64,000 nt of DNA from Octopus vulgaris (GCA_951406725.2 OX597824.1:65038001-65102000); one strand, 5' to 3'. Numbered from the stretch's first letter, positions 39,001-51,214 are shown. Translations and numbers: made by a program. Notes: generated by a model from the letters alone, not told the origin.

Positions 39001-41353
39001 ATCAATTGATGCAAAACTACAAGTTTGGAGAAAGGCACAGCTGATTGGCACAAGGCTTCAAGTGTTGGAAGATGTACAGTTAACTGACTCTGACTCAAGA
39101 CCACAAGTTTAGGGGCAGGTACTGTTGATTAACACAAGTTCGTGTATTGGTGGGATGATACAACTGATGGGTACAGGGTTATAAGTTTCAGGTGGGGAGG
39201 ATACAAAGCCACAAGTCTGAAGGAAGGTACATATTGGCAGAAGGAAGAAATTTGGGCATGGGTAAAGTTGAATGACACAAGGCCAGATTTTTTTTTTCAT
39301 GTAGGGTACAGTTGACTGACACTATGTTGGAAGCGAGTTCAGTTGATATAAAAAAAGTACAAGTGGTACTTATTTTTTTCAACCATGGAAAAAACAAATG
39401 TTTGTTAAATAAGTATGAGTAAATGTTAATGAATTCATTGACTTTCTTTCATAAAATATTTTGAAAACAAATATGAAAATGAATTCTTTATTTACTCACA
39501 AATGAATCTTTATGTCAAAACTTGCTTTAACTACACATTTTATTGGACTGATGTATAACATCTTCAGAGATTGTTTTAGTACTGTCAATATGTAGCTATC
39601 ATTATCTTTTCTCAACTTATTAAATGAAGTATAATTAATAGTATTAATTCACTTTTCAGAAGAAAATATAATTCAACATCATCATTTAACATCCATTTTC
39701 TATGCTGCACCAGGCTCCATTGTCTGTTTTGGCATGGTTTTCATGGCTGGATGTCCTTCCTGATGGCAACCACTTTACAGAGCGTACAAGGTGTTATTTA
39801 TGTGGAACCAGCATGAGCTTTTTATGTGGTACCAGCAAATATAACTGTAAAATACATATTTTTGTAACTGTCTTATATGCATCATTTCCATAATGGTGGT
39901 TCAATAAATAGATATTTGCATAAAAATAACCTCTCAGTCTTTACAGACTGGTTGTTCTTGTTTAGCTTAGGTCAGTTTTTGTCTGGGCAGATCTATAATC
40001 AAATGAAGGTAAGCAAATGTAAATACGAGTTGTGAACCATAACTAAAGAGATAACGTCCAAAGAAATGACATCTTTGTTTACATCATCACTGTTTTAATG
40101 TCCACTTTTCCATGCTTGCATGGATCAGACAGAATTCATTGAGGCAGATTTTCTATAACTGAATGCCTTTCTTGTCACCAATTCTCACCTGTTTTCAAGC
40201 AAGATACTTTCCCATGGTCAGACATGTTTTGTACAGAAGACTGGGAAAAAACAACTGCATTTGTATGATTGAAATGCTCAAGTACAACCATCAGGTTATG
40301 TCAAAACACACACACTCACATATAACAGGTTTCTTTAAGTCTTCACCTACCAAATTCACTCACAATACTTTGGTTGGCCTGAAACTATAGCAGAAGATAC
40401 CTGTCCAAGGTTCCATGCAGCAGGACTAAACCCGAAAATATATGATTGGGAAGCAAACTTTTCAACCACAAGGCATACCTCACCAAAACAATTTTCCAGA
40501 AAAAAAAAAGCTTGTTCAATTATTTGTTAAACTGCTAAGTTGGATGGTTCAACAAATTCATATTTCACTCAGCTGGAAGCAGTTTACACTTAACTACTTT
40601 TACTTTAGCTAAAATGTCTGGGATAAAAAGTAATAGTAAAAAGGTTCATAAGAAGTTTCAAGAAGTTTCTTTAAAACAAGCTACCATATTTTCTGAAAAT
40701 TGCTTTACTCTATGAAACACTAACACAAGTTTGTCCATCATTTCTTATATCAACATCTACTGGATAAGCTACAATCATAGTAAATGTCTCTCTACATAGC
40801 TATATATCTCTCAAGATAGCCATATCATAGTAAATACCCTCATGGATAGCTACAGTCACAGTAAATACCTTTTGGATAGCTACAATCATAATAAATGCTT
40901 AAATTCAAGCAACACTGATTCCTAATTTTGACACAAGGTCACAAATTTGTTAAGAAGGAAGAGGATTGATAATCATTTTCAGTGAATGTTAAGTGTTTAT
41001 TAACAATCACAAAATAAAAAGCAACCTAGGATTGAAACTCACAATGTAAAGAGATGTAACAGAATACTAAAAGACTTTTTTTTCTTTGCTTGTTGAATTT
41101 GGACAAAAAGGCAGTGCCCATGATCTTTGCAGACCCTCAAAACTAGTGATTTTGAGTCTGAGATTGTATCATCCTCACCATTTAATCATCTTAAATTTAA
41201 GTAATTTTTCAAAACAAAAGTACTCACCTGTGGCCCTTCTCCTGTGTACATACATGCTACGATATTATCCAAAAGGTTGATATCAAGTTTCTGATTAAAA
41301 TCTAAAAGTTTAGCAGCTTCTTCTGCCAAGTTATTCATTATGATAGGTGGCAT
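7733..41353 (-). CDS. XPO1: Exportin-1 (CRM1), whole spliced CDS span, 25 coding exons, 1072 aa
   Basis: Hand-spliced exons give one ORF from [29 protein letters not shown] to [11 protein letters not shown]. It is collinear with human CRM1 motifs ([62 protein letters not shown]). All introns are GT-AG and the exons sum to 3219 nt. Confidence 0.98.
8363..8459 (-). CDS. XPO1: XPO1 coding exon 24
   Basis: [32 protein letters not shown]. Confidence 0.96.
9511..9673 (-). CDS. XPO1: XPO1 coding exon 23
   Basis: (G)[20 protein letters not shown]...[11 protein letters not shown]. Confidence 0.96.
9861..10073. mobile_element. Mariner-type MITE
   Basis: Left end tatgagagggtgctgaaaagttcctg; right end ccagaaacttttcaacac is its inverted copy. 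Confidence 0.65.
11362..11542. mobile_element. TTAA-flanked (piggyBac-type) MITE
   Basis: ttaaccttttt...agggttaa termini; internal similarity to 34604-34831. Confidence 0.65.
11632..11859 (-). CDS. XPO1: XPO1 coding exon 22
   Basis: (A)[29 protein letters not shown]...[10 protein letters not shown]. Confidence 0.97.
12364..12439 (-). CDS. XPO1: XPO1 coding exon 21
   Basis: [25 protein letters not shown]. Confidence 0.96.
14692..14763 (-). CDS. XPO1: XPO1 coding exon 20
   Basis: [24 protein letters not shown]. Confidence 0.96.
15927..16049 (-). CDS. XPO1: XPO1 coding exon 19
   Basis: [41 protein letters not shown]. Confidence 0.95.
18185..18370 (-). CDS. XPO1: XPO1 coding exon 18
   Basis: [23 protein letters not shown]...[11 protein letters not shown]. 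Confidence 0.96.
18988..19852 (+). mobile_element. Degenerate mariner element with TIRs and TA target duplication
   Basis: TA|TGAGGTGCTTTCCAGAAGT ... ACTTCTGGAATGCACTTCA|TA. Transposase HTH relic [22 protein letters not shown] at about 19275-19345. A SINE tail is inserted at about 19216-19272. Confidence 0.8.
19879..19983 (-). CDS. XPO1: XPO1 coding exon 17
   Basis: [35 protein letters not shown]. Confidence 0.96.
20224..20358 (-). CDS. XPO1: XPO1 coding exon 16
   Basis: [45 protein letters not shown]. Confidence 0.96.
21421..21584 (-). CDS. XPO1: XPO1 coding exon 15
   Basis: (E)[35 protein letters not shown]...DLQPQQ. Confidence 0.97.
21892..22048 (-). CDS. XPO1: XPO1 coding exon 14 (NES-binding groove, Cys528)
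   Basis: [52 protein letters not shown]. Confidence 0.97.
22145..22222 (-). CDS. XPO1: XPO1 coding exon 13
   Basis: [26 protein letters not shown]. Confidence 0.96.
22287..22452. repeat. Intronic inverted repeat (about 80-nt arms), possible MITE
   Basis: Left arm TTTGCC...GGATGA...CTCAAA...GGTGT...AAACAC.TGAAAGTCA matches the reverse complement of the right arm. Confidence 0.85.
22581..22684 (-). CDS. XPO1: XPO1 coding exon 12
   Basis: (V)[34 protein letters not shown]. Confidence 0.96.
22750..23058 (-). mobile_element. tRNA-derived SINE
   Basis: Minus-strand head GGCACATGGCTCAGTGGTTAGAGCATCGGGCTTACAATCATGAGG, then GTGTTCTTGAGCAAGGCAC. Similar heads at about 38115 and 60802. Confidence 0.75.
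24235..24373 (-). CDS. XPO1: XPO1 coding exon 11 (acidic/HEAT9 loop)
   Basis: [46 protein letters not shown]. Confidence 0.97.
25706..25903 (-). CDS. XPO1: XPO1 coding exon 10
   Basis: [37 protein letters not shown]...MSVLSR. Confidence 0.96.
26789..26947 (-). CDS. XPO1: XPO1 coding exon 9
   Basis: [37 protein letters not shown]...LLIQ. Confidence 0.96.
27122..27195 (-). CDS. XPO1: XPO1 coding exon 8
   Basis: (A)[24 protein letters not shown]. Confidence 0.94.
27606..27660 (-). CDS. XPO1: XPO1 coding exon 7
   Basis: [18 protein letters not shown]. Confidence 0.95.
29517..29636 (-). CDS. XPO1: XPO1 coding exon 6
   Basis: [40 protein letters not shown]. Confidence 0.96.
30020..30134 (-). 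CDS. XPO1: XPO1 coding exon 5
   Basis: [38 protein letters not shown]. Confidence 0.96.
30407..30522 (-). CDS. XPO1: XPO1 coding exon 4
   Basis: [38 protein letters not shown]. Confidence 0.96.
30882..30988 (-). CDS. XPO1: XPO1 coding exon 3
   Basis: (G)[35 protein letters not shown]; |GTAAGT donor. Confidence 0.96.
33235..33445. mobile_element. TTAA-flanked MITE (ttaacccttagcatt family)
   Basis: Near-collinear with 62833-63061; reverse-orientation copies at about 28271-28500 and 17300-17490. Confidence 0.7.
34604..34831. mobile_element. TTAA-flanked (piggyBac-type) MITE
   Basis: TTAA|CCCTTTCGTTAC ... GTAACAAAAGGG|TTAA. Confidence 0.8.
37253..37427 (-). CDS. XPO1: XPO1 coding exon 2
   Basis: [22 protein letters not shown]...LPRPQCE; TTTTAG| acceptor, |GTAACT donor. 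Confidence 0.96.
40758..40900. repeat. Degenerate minisatellite
   Basis: Unit close to ggatagctacaatcatagtaaat, repeated about four times. Confidence 0.7.
41228..41353 (-). CDS. XPO1: XPO1 coding exon 1
   Basis: ATG at 41353; [42 protein letters not shown]; donor CAG|GTGAGT. An acceptor TTGCAG| at 41379-41380 implies an upstream non-coding exon. Confidence 0.95.
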
Positions 41354-43127
41354 TCTGTCACTCAGTCATCAGTAGAGCCTGCAATAGAAACCATTTTTTA
41401 AAAAATTAATAATAAACATTATGAACAACAATATATATAACTCTAAATATCTTCTTTTCTACAAAGTTATATAACACAAGTGAAAATAGGAATGGTTAAA
41501 TGTACAAATTAATGGCATTTGTCATGGTACCTGAAATCTATTTTAAATTTTTACAAAGTCCAATGATTTACATAAATATTTAAATCACTAACATATAGGG
41601 AAATATATACAACAGAGGTGTGTGTGTGAATAATGAATGCAGAGTGAAAAAAACCCCAAGAAATGTAGAAAGTAACCCTATTACAGACATTCCCAAGGAT
41701 TGCATTTGTTGTTGTTTGGCCCCAGGTTAACAAGATTTTTCAGGTCATTGTGTGTCTCGGAAAATTATCCAATCTACCTTTTGTGTATTCTAATGACAAA
41801 ATTTCTGAAAATATGGGATCTTAAAAACAGATGAAATGACATAGAATTCACAGAAATAAATACTAGAATCAGTTTTTAAATTACTTCTAATGCCACTTGA
41901 GAGATAGACTAATCTTTAAAATTAAGTTCTCAGAAAACAATCTACAGACATCATTAAAATAAACTGAGCTCTTAATACATAGAATATTTCAAATCAAGTT
42001 CAACTGAATAACACTTTATTGGTATTGTAAATACATTATCAAACTGTCATATCTAACATCAACTTTCCAAATAGTTTATAATTAAAATGCTTGTGCTCAC
42101 ATTATATGCCTGGTTTTCGTGAGAGTTTTAACAAATTTGAAATATTTACTTCTGGATTGTCAAAGCAAATCATTTCCACAACCACTAAACCTTTTTGGCT
42201 AGACAAACTGAGACAATGACAGGAGAGATAGAACCACTTTCGGGCTAAGTGGTTGAGCACCGAACTACAAGAAATGTAAATGAAGCACATATTTTAGGAT
42301 ATTGACCGTTCTCTCTACGTGTAAACGTTTTAAATCAGTTTTATCCAGCTAAAGCTAGGTGATAAAAAAAAAACTCAGGTTTTAATAGAATACTATATTA
42401 AATTAAGGCTTTTATCAAAGTGACATTTAACTTTATTATTCTTCTACATCCGACAACCGAATAAACTTAGACTCATTACAAATACACACTTTCACACCAC
42501 TTTTTATCAAGAGGCATGAAAATATTCAGTTCACCTCTAGTTCAGGCAAACGAAGTTTTAAAAGTTTACAAAGCTAAAAATAATAAACATGATTGTTTAT
42601 GGGACTGAACAATTCTAATATGGAAGAAACGAGTAAAAAGTAATCTAAGAATTGTTGTGTTGAATGTTTATTTCACATAACAAAATTATTTAGAAATGTG
42701 AAGAACGTACGACATGTTTTCGAGGAAATGGGAAATGGATAAAACAAAGTGTTCCAAGAAATACCAAAACGAAAAGCGAAAGTCATTCACCAACAGTTTA
42801 AAAGGAAAAACATTTAGAAGGTAAATTATAAGTATTTAATTACAAACAGCAATAAAAAATAAGAAAAACATTAATCATAAGATGTAATGATGCTACAAGA
42901 GTCAGTAGATATCTGGAAAAGATGCAAGTTTCCAGGCTGTCAACTTAACTTCGTCGTTGGAGAAATTTGAAAAATATACGATTGAAATATATCGAATACC
43001 ACAGACATCGTTTTAAATTATCCTTTTCATATGATTCCACAAACATTCGATACTGCATGTGGATTTCATCATCTGAATCAACCCCATTACTCCTGATGAT
43101 ATAAGGAAATCTACATACAATGTTAAT

Positions 43128-43614
43128 GGGACGAAATTCTGGTTTAAGACCCCATAACCTCTCATAACTTATATTTTTTGCAATTTTCAGAATTTTGCAA
43201 ATTTGTATTCCACAAACGGAAATTCATATGATTATCCAAGAATTTTTTTCCTAATATTTTTAAACCCCTCCGCCCACCTTAAATCCTAAAAGTTCCACTC
43301 TTTTTCAAATTTTGTTTTTAAATCGGGCTTTAAAATACTATACGAATTTTTGGCTCAAATACTTGCATTGGACCATCCTTGGGTGCATCACTATTCCATT
43401 TAATGTGTTTATAGGAAAAAATAGTAAGAGAAACGAGGAAATTATCAGGTGGTTGTGAGATGTGCTAAAAACAACTAAATCACACAAGCTTTTATTTTTT
43501 GCATAATTGTAGAATTCCCGCGTGTAGAACACATATTCGCAAAAATTTTCTAAAAGTTACAAAAAATAAAAAGTTATGAGAGGTTATATGGATACTTAAA
43601 CCAGAACTCCGCCC
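43128..43614. mobile_element. MITE with about 120-nt terminal inverted repeats
   Basis: gggacgaaattctggtttaag...ataacctctcataactt versus aagttatgagaggttat...cttaaaccagaactccgccc. Confidence 0.8.
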
Positions 43615-43661
43615 TTTCAAGCTACAAATACTTTTCTCGTAACAAACAGGGTTTTACATAC

Positions 43662-44100
43662 CTTAAGTATTGCTCTTGCCTATCTCTAAAGTAACGTTCT
43701 ACTTTTTATATTTGTTATGGTTTTCGTTTACATCATCACATCTTAAAATTAATGTTTGTTTGTTTGTTTTTTTATTTTATTTCTAATCAAATACCTCAAA
43801 GCTACCTAAATGCTCTATATTCTTGGGGAGATTTCATTTCCCTTAAAATCAAAGGTAATGTTTGGTTTTTCGTTTCGGTATTTCACGTAACCTATGATGA
43901 CTTTACACACTCCCATTTCCTCAAAAATACGCCGTGCTTCTTTCTTACCAAATTATTTATTTCTACTGCTAAAAGTTTGCTTGCAAAAAAACAAACAAAA
44001 CATAAGCCATCTAGCATTATCTATGAAATAATCAAACACGAAGAAAAATGTACACAAAAGTGTCGTTTTCTTCTGTTGTGATCAACATCTGAGTTGCCGT
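43662..44100 (-). other. XPO1: Putative non-coding first exon of XPO1 (5' boundary uncertain)
   Basis: Donor AAG|GTATGT at 43662/43661, downstream of a CpG-containing promoter-like segment. The ATG exon begins with an acceptor, so an upstream exon is expected. Confidence 0.5.
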
Positions 44101-44107
44101 TTAAGTA

Positions 44108-44123
44108 CGCGCCAAATTTTGAA
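44108..44123. promoter_or_regulatory. E2F/CDE-CHR-like promoter element
   Basis: CGCGCC-AAAT-TTTGAA: an E2F site TTTGGCGCG on the minus strand plus the CHR consensus TTTGAA at 4-nt spacing. Confidence 0.45.
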
Positions 44124-45207
44124 AGAAAGTAAAAGGGAGAGGAATGAGGACGAGGCAAGGTGAGAGCAAAGAGAGTAAAAGGCTAATAATAGTCGTTTAG
44201 AAATATATAGTATGGGAACCACTGATCCGCGTCAACATCAACACCTTATGGGAAGCAAGTAATTATTAATTTTTGGCAAACTGAAAAATCTTTTCCTTCT
44301 AAAGTATATATGGATCAAACATTTCGTATTTTTCGCCAGTGTAGCTACCTAACATACACGTAATGATCCTAATATATGTATATCCCAATATACGCCTATG
44401 TCTATGTGTCTATACATATATATATATATACATACACGCACACACACACATATACCGAAAGTATGCACAAAAGATTCTGTGTATATAAGTATTTATATAA
44501 TTGGTTTGTTGCCTAACATTCCATTGAATTTTTTGCGCGAAACTGATTGGTAAGAGCAGCCGTGATGGATACTTAATACTATATAATTCGGAACACACAT
44601 ATTTCCTTTTTTATAAATGTGTTTATAGAGGAAAATACTGAAAAACATCAATACATATTTAAGTGAGAAAAAAATGTGGGTGGTCTTGCGATGTGCTAGA
44701 AACAACAGCCAAACCTCGCTTAAATCACACTTTTTCCTCGCCTCCTTCCCAAAAATTTTGCCTACAAATTTCTTTGTAATCGTGATTTACAGTTTCAAAG
44801 GTATTTGTATAAAATTCCATTAAAAAATGGGTCGTGTGCATTTTCCGAAACTCCTCGACCCATCCGAGAAAATTTTCCGGCAAATCTTTACATACACTCA
44901 ATCTACAAGGATCTAGGTGATTATTTGTTCAAAGTTTCCTTAAAAAGTATCCATTTTTATGGAAGTTATGAAGCAACAAGGTCGGAGGTTATACATCTGT
45001 AGTTACGTCGTGTCTTGTACTATAGCCTCGGGACGACCGAGCCTAGTGAGGGGATTTGGTAGACAGAAACTGTAAGAAGCCCGTCGTGTGTGTGTTTCAT
45101 CTCCCATCATAGTGTGACAACTTATGTTAGTGTAGTTACATCCTCGGAACTTAACGGTTAAGCAAATGTTGGCGACAGTACAAATAATAAGTCCTGGGGA
45201 GGGGGTC

Positions 45208-45760
45208 GGATCTTTTCCTTTTGAACGGCACATGTCGACACAATTTCTAGTTAACTAAACACTTTTAAACTTCGTATACTGGTAGAATGTGTTTATAAAA
45301 CATCATTTTTTCTTGGCTTTATTGAGAAAATTCTATATGTTGTAACATATTTCCACTTTAATTTCAAGCATTTCGGCAATTTTAACCAATCGCTGACCTC
45401 CATTTGGGGTGAAAACATTCCGTGCTGTATGAATATGTCCCTCGTTTAAGAAACAGATTGGGCTTATTTACATTTGCGAAGAAAAAAAGATACCCTTCCC
45501 CCACCCCTAACCCTAAATCTAAAATAGATTGAAATGCAATAGATCGATACTAGGGTTATAATTATGGGTGACAATTTCATACGACACCGCTACGGAAAAT
45601 GGGACTTTTTTCTAGCAGTGTCAAAATTGCCGAAATGCTCGAAATTTCAGACGAAATATCTTACAAACTATATTTTCTCAATAAAGCCACATTCTACCAG
45701 TATACGAAGTTTAAAAGTGTTTAGTTAACTAGAAATTGGGTTGACATGTGCCGTTCATCC
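45208..45760. mobile_element. Foldback/MITE element with long inverted arms, nested in a SINE
   Basis: tgaacggcacatgtc...ttcgtatactggtagaatgtg (from 45222) is mirrored at about 45690-45757. The flanks rejoin as a SINE (aataagtcctgggg | gatttcttctactaaaggcagtgctcc). Confidence 0.8.
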
Positions 45761-45904
45761 GGGGATTTCTTCTACTAAAGGCAGTGCTCCTGCATGGCCG
45801 CAGTCAAATGATTGAAATATGTAAAAGAATAAAAGAAAAGAACCCATTGTTTATGTGTTGAACAAGTTAATGTAGATACCTCTGATGAGAACCCAATAAG
45901 TTTA

Positions 45905-46060
45905 GGCACAGGACTGGCTGTGTGGTAAGTAGCTTGCTTACCAACCACATGGTTCCAGGTTCAGTCCCACTGCATGGCACTTTGAGCAAGTGTCTTCTAC
46001 TATAAAGCCTTGTGAGAGGATATGGTAGACGGAAACTGAAAGAAGCCTGTCGTATATATG
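45905..46060 (+). mobile_element. tRNA-derived SINE
   Basis: ggcacaggactggctgtgtggtaag (A box), ggttcagtccc (B box), CORE-like ctttgagcaagtgtc. Confidence 0.8.
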
Positions 46061-46079
46061 TATATGTATATATAGGGAG

Positions 46080-46260
46080 AATTCACAAAAAAAAAACAAA
46101 AAACGAAGACAGGTGGTGTAGACAACAAACATGTATTAGAATAACGCTCGGGAAGTGAAAAAGTCTTTAATGTTTCGAGCCTACGCTCTTCCACAGAAAT
46201 GAACACAGAGAGAAAATAAAGAATGTGTAGTGGCTAGCGATCTATCATGGCGAATGACGG
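46080..46260. mobile_element. Possible Penelope-like terminal fragment
   Basis: gtttcgagcctacgctcttc resembles the gaagag...cgaaac motif of Penelope ends; recognised from memory only. Confidence 0.35.
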
Positions 46261-46779
46261 ACAAAAGGGTCACACAGGAGAGCTAGGGAGAAGGGGAAAT
46301 AAAGTAGTGGTGATCCCAAAACGAAGGTGCGTGTGTATAAGAAAGTTTGTATGTGCCTGTGGAAGAGGGCTAGTGATTTTGATATTGCATGTGTGTTTGT
46401 GTAGGTGTGAAAATGTGGGTCTGGGAAGTGGTCACTGCTGGTGTGTTGTGATTGATGTGTTGTGTGGTATGGTGGTGTAGTAGTGTGGGGATCCTTTCAC
46501 TTTGACCGGCAGATTTTTTAAATAATTTTGTAACTAAACACTTTTAAACTTCGTATACTGATAGAATGTGTTACATAAAACATCTTTTTCTCTTAGCTTT
46601 CTTGAGAAAATTCTGTAGTTTGTAAGCTATTTGTTGTTAAATTACCTGCATTTCGGCAATTTCAACCAATCAATGACGTCTACTGAGGTGAATACAATTT
46701 CTGCTGTTCTTTGTCAACAACATTTTCTGGCGGTGTCTACTCATTTTGTCACTGTTATTTATGAACAGAAAGTCAGCAG

Positions 46780-47558
46780 CTGAAGCACAAGGGGAATTCG
46801 TGATATGAAGATGTCTCGACTTTTCGCACAGACGGTCATAATCATTGCTTCAATGACATTGGGAAGTAATTTTGTGATAACAAGGCGTGTACCGTTGCAC
46901 AACATCAGTGGATTTAAATTCCTTATCAGCATAACAGGGCTACCGACTTTAAGAGTAAAGAATATGTGGAGATACACCTGAAGGCTCCAAGAAATTCAAA
47001 AATTCAGTGGGATAATCAACTACCTCATCCTGATTGGGTATGGTGTCTACTGACTTATAGACTGTCACATTCTAGGCAAATGCAGTAAGAGGGTGTTGTT
47101 GATTGCACTAACCACAACGTTTTTAGGAGCCAAAATGCCTGTTTGGCAAAGCCAATCTAGATCTCAGTTGTGGACTTCTAGGCCTGGGAAGACCTGGTCC
47201 TGAAGAATCTGGATAGTAACTGGCTATTGTGCAACTGTTACTTATGTCAACATCTTCATTTCCTTCTCCTGGAACTTGACCCTTGCCATGAAGGAGAATG
47301 TCCCTCACAAAATCTTCTGATAATGGCTCCTCATATTGGTGCGCTCTCATATTGGATTCTAACTTTAAAGTAACAACATGACCCCATAGAGGTGAAAACT
47401 TACATCCACCCTTGTACCTTTCATAATCACTGGCAAGGTTTGTCTAAAGACCCCAGATAGCAAGACAGTGGCACCCCAATCAGTTCGTCACTTTCCTTTA
47501 TGTCTCGCGAAGTTCTATCTAATACCTCAAGGGCTCCCTTGTGAGCCATTGTGCATTC
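46780..47558 (-). mobile_element. Helitron PIF1-family helicase relic (pseudogenised)
   Basis: ECTMAHKGALEVLDRT, FRQTLPVI, NMRAH, DYPTEFLN, LKVGSPVMLIRNLNP.MLCNGTRLVITKL, FISRIPL; frameshifted. Confidence 0.9.
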
Positions 47559-47657
47559 ATATACATATATGTATATTAATTAGAAAAAAACCCACCTTTT
47601 ATTAATTCAACAATGAAATAATATATATCTATCTATATGTATATCTATATATGTATA

Positions 47658-47694
<37 letters not shown>

Positions 47695-47929
47695 CTTCAT
47701 AAAAGATTGTACACCTATATTTATTTTATTCTTTTTATGTTGGACCTGAAGAGTGACTATATTTAAATTAAATCGATTTTATTTTTATCAGTTTTTAAAT
47801 ATAGCCACAAAACACGTGTACTTATTTAACGGTATATGTTCTAATATTTAATTTTTTTCTATATGGTATAATTTAATTATATCATCGTTATTTCATTGTT
47901 AAAGTAATAAAAGATGTTTTTTTTTTAAA

Positions 47930-49860
<1,931 letters not shown>

Positions 49861-49864
49861 TATA

Positions 49865-50891
49865 CTAGCATTAAAGACCCGTCGTTGCCGGGTCATAGTG
49901 CTAGTGCATGTATATATGTGTACATATTACATGTACATGTATATATAATATATATACATCCACACATAAAATACAAAATACAAAGTTATATCTTGATATC
50001 GCTAGTGATAACAATACTCAAAATATATAACAGACTGGAATTGTTAGCCTGTCTCTTGTAATTTCGATCAATTGTATCTTGTCCTCTTGTATAGAAGTGT
50101 GACTACAATCCAGCCTACCTCTACTTCGGGGGGGGGGGGGGGATTTTAAATTTTTTTTCCGGGACGTCCTATGTCCCAGATATAATGGTAAATATAAAAT
50201 ATTTCCACTTTGAGAGTTCGAGTCAAGTACTCCCTTGCACGCTCCGTTGACTATAGACAATAGTCTTTTCTTTAATTTAATTTTTTATTATCCATCTGGA
50301 CTATTCCATTTCTGCACGCTAATTTTATTTTTAATTTATTCCAATTCATGTGAAACCACTTATTCAAGTTCAAGTCATTGATGCAATTTTATACCAATTG
50401 CTATTTTTACTTTTGTTATGTTGCTTTAGTTTGATTTTAATTATTACTTACTACATATAATTCAGTTGTTATTATTATTTTTATTGTTAAAGTGAAAGTA
50501 TCTGACATAAAATAGAGAAACGTTTTTGTTTCACTTTTAACACATAATACTGAAATAGTGGAGAAGATATGATATTGCTATGGGCTCGCTCTAGGCAAGA
50601 TGTTGAACATTTTTTTTGCCCATGAAACTACGTGGACCCTAAGTAAGGCATGTATAAAATTTGAATGGAATTGGTTGTGCAGTTCTCGAGTTTTAGAGAA
50701 TCGTAGTGGAGAAGATATGATTATTGCTGTGGGCTCGCCCTAAGCAAAAAGTTCAAATTTTTTTTGCCGATGACACTCCCCGGACCCTAAGGCATGTGTA
50801 AAATTTGAATGAAATTGGTTGTGTAGTTCTCAAGTTTTAGGGAAACACACAGACAGACAGACACACATTCTCAGTTTTATATATATAAAGA
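49865..50891 (-). mobile_element. Non-autonomous Helitron, both termini present
   Basis: Minus strand: A|TCTTTATATATATAAAACTGAGAATGTG ... hairpin GACCCG-GCAACGA-CGGGTC ... CTAG|T. About 148-nt internal tandem duplication at 50557-50840. Confidence 0.75.
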
Positions 50892-51105
50892 TACATACAT
50901 ATACATGTATATATGCATACATATACATGTCTATATATATACATATATATACATGTATATATACAAATATATTCATATACATAAATGAGTATCATCATCA
51001 TCATCAACGGACGCTAAACGATGATGATACTCACATATACGCATACATACATATATACTCATAAACACATACATACATATATATATAATCATATACACAT
51101 ACTTA

Positions 51106-51136
<31 letters not shown>

Positions 51137-51214
51137 TCATATCTATCTATATATATATATGTGCATAGATATACATACATAAATATATACCATATATACG
51201 TACATATTTACCCT

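Noticed and set aside
40758-40900. CRISPR-like repeat-spacer pattern
   Set aside because: Eukaryotic intron, degenerate repeats, very short spacers and no cas genes; an ordinary minisatellite.
45505-45516. Interstitial telomere or fusion site
   Set aside because: Only two CCCTAA units, and they lie inside a repeat element.
46759-46977. Possible cellular PIF1 gene
   Set aside because: Intronless, frameshifted and truncated among repeats; consistent with a Helitron relic.
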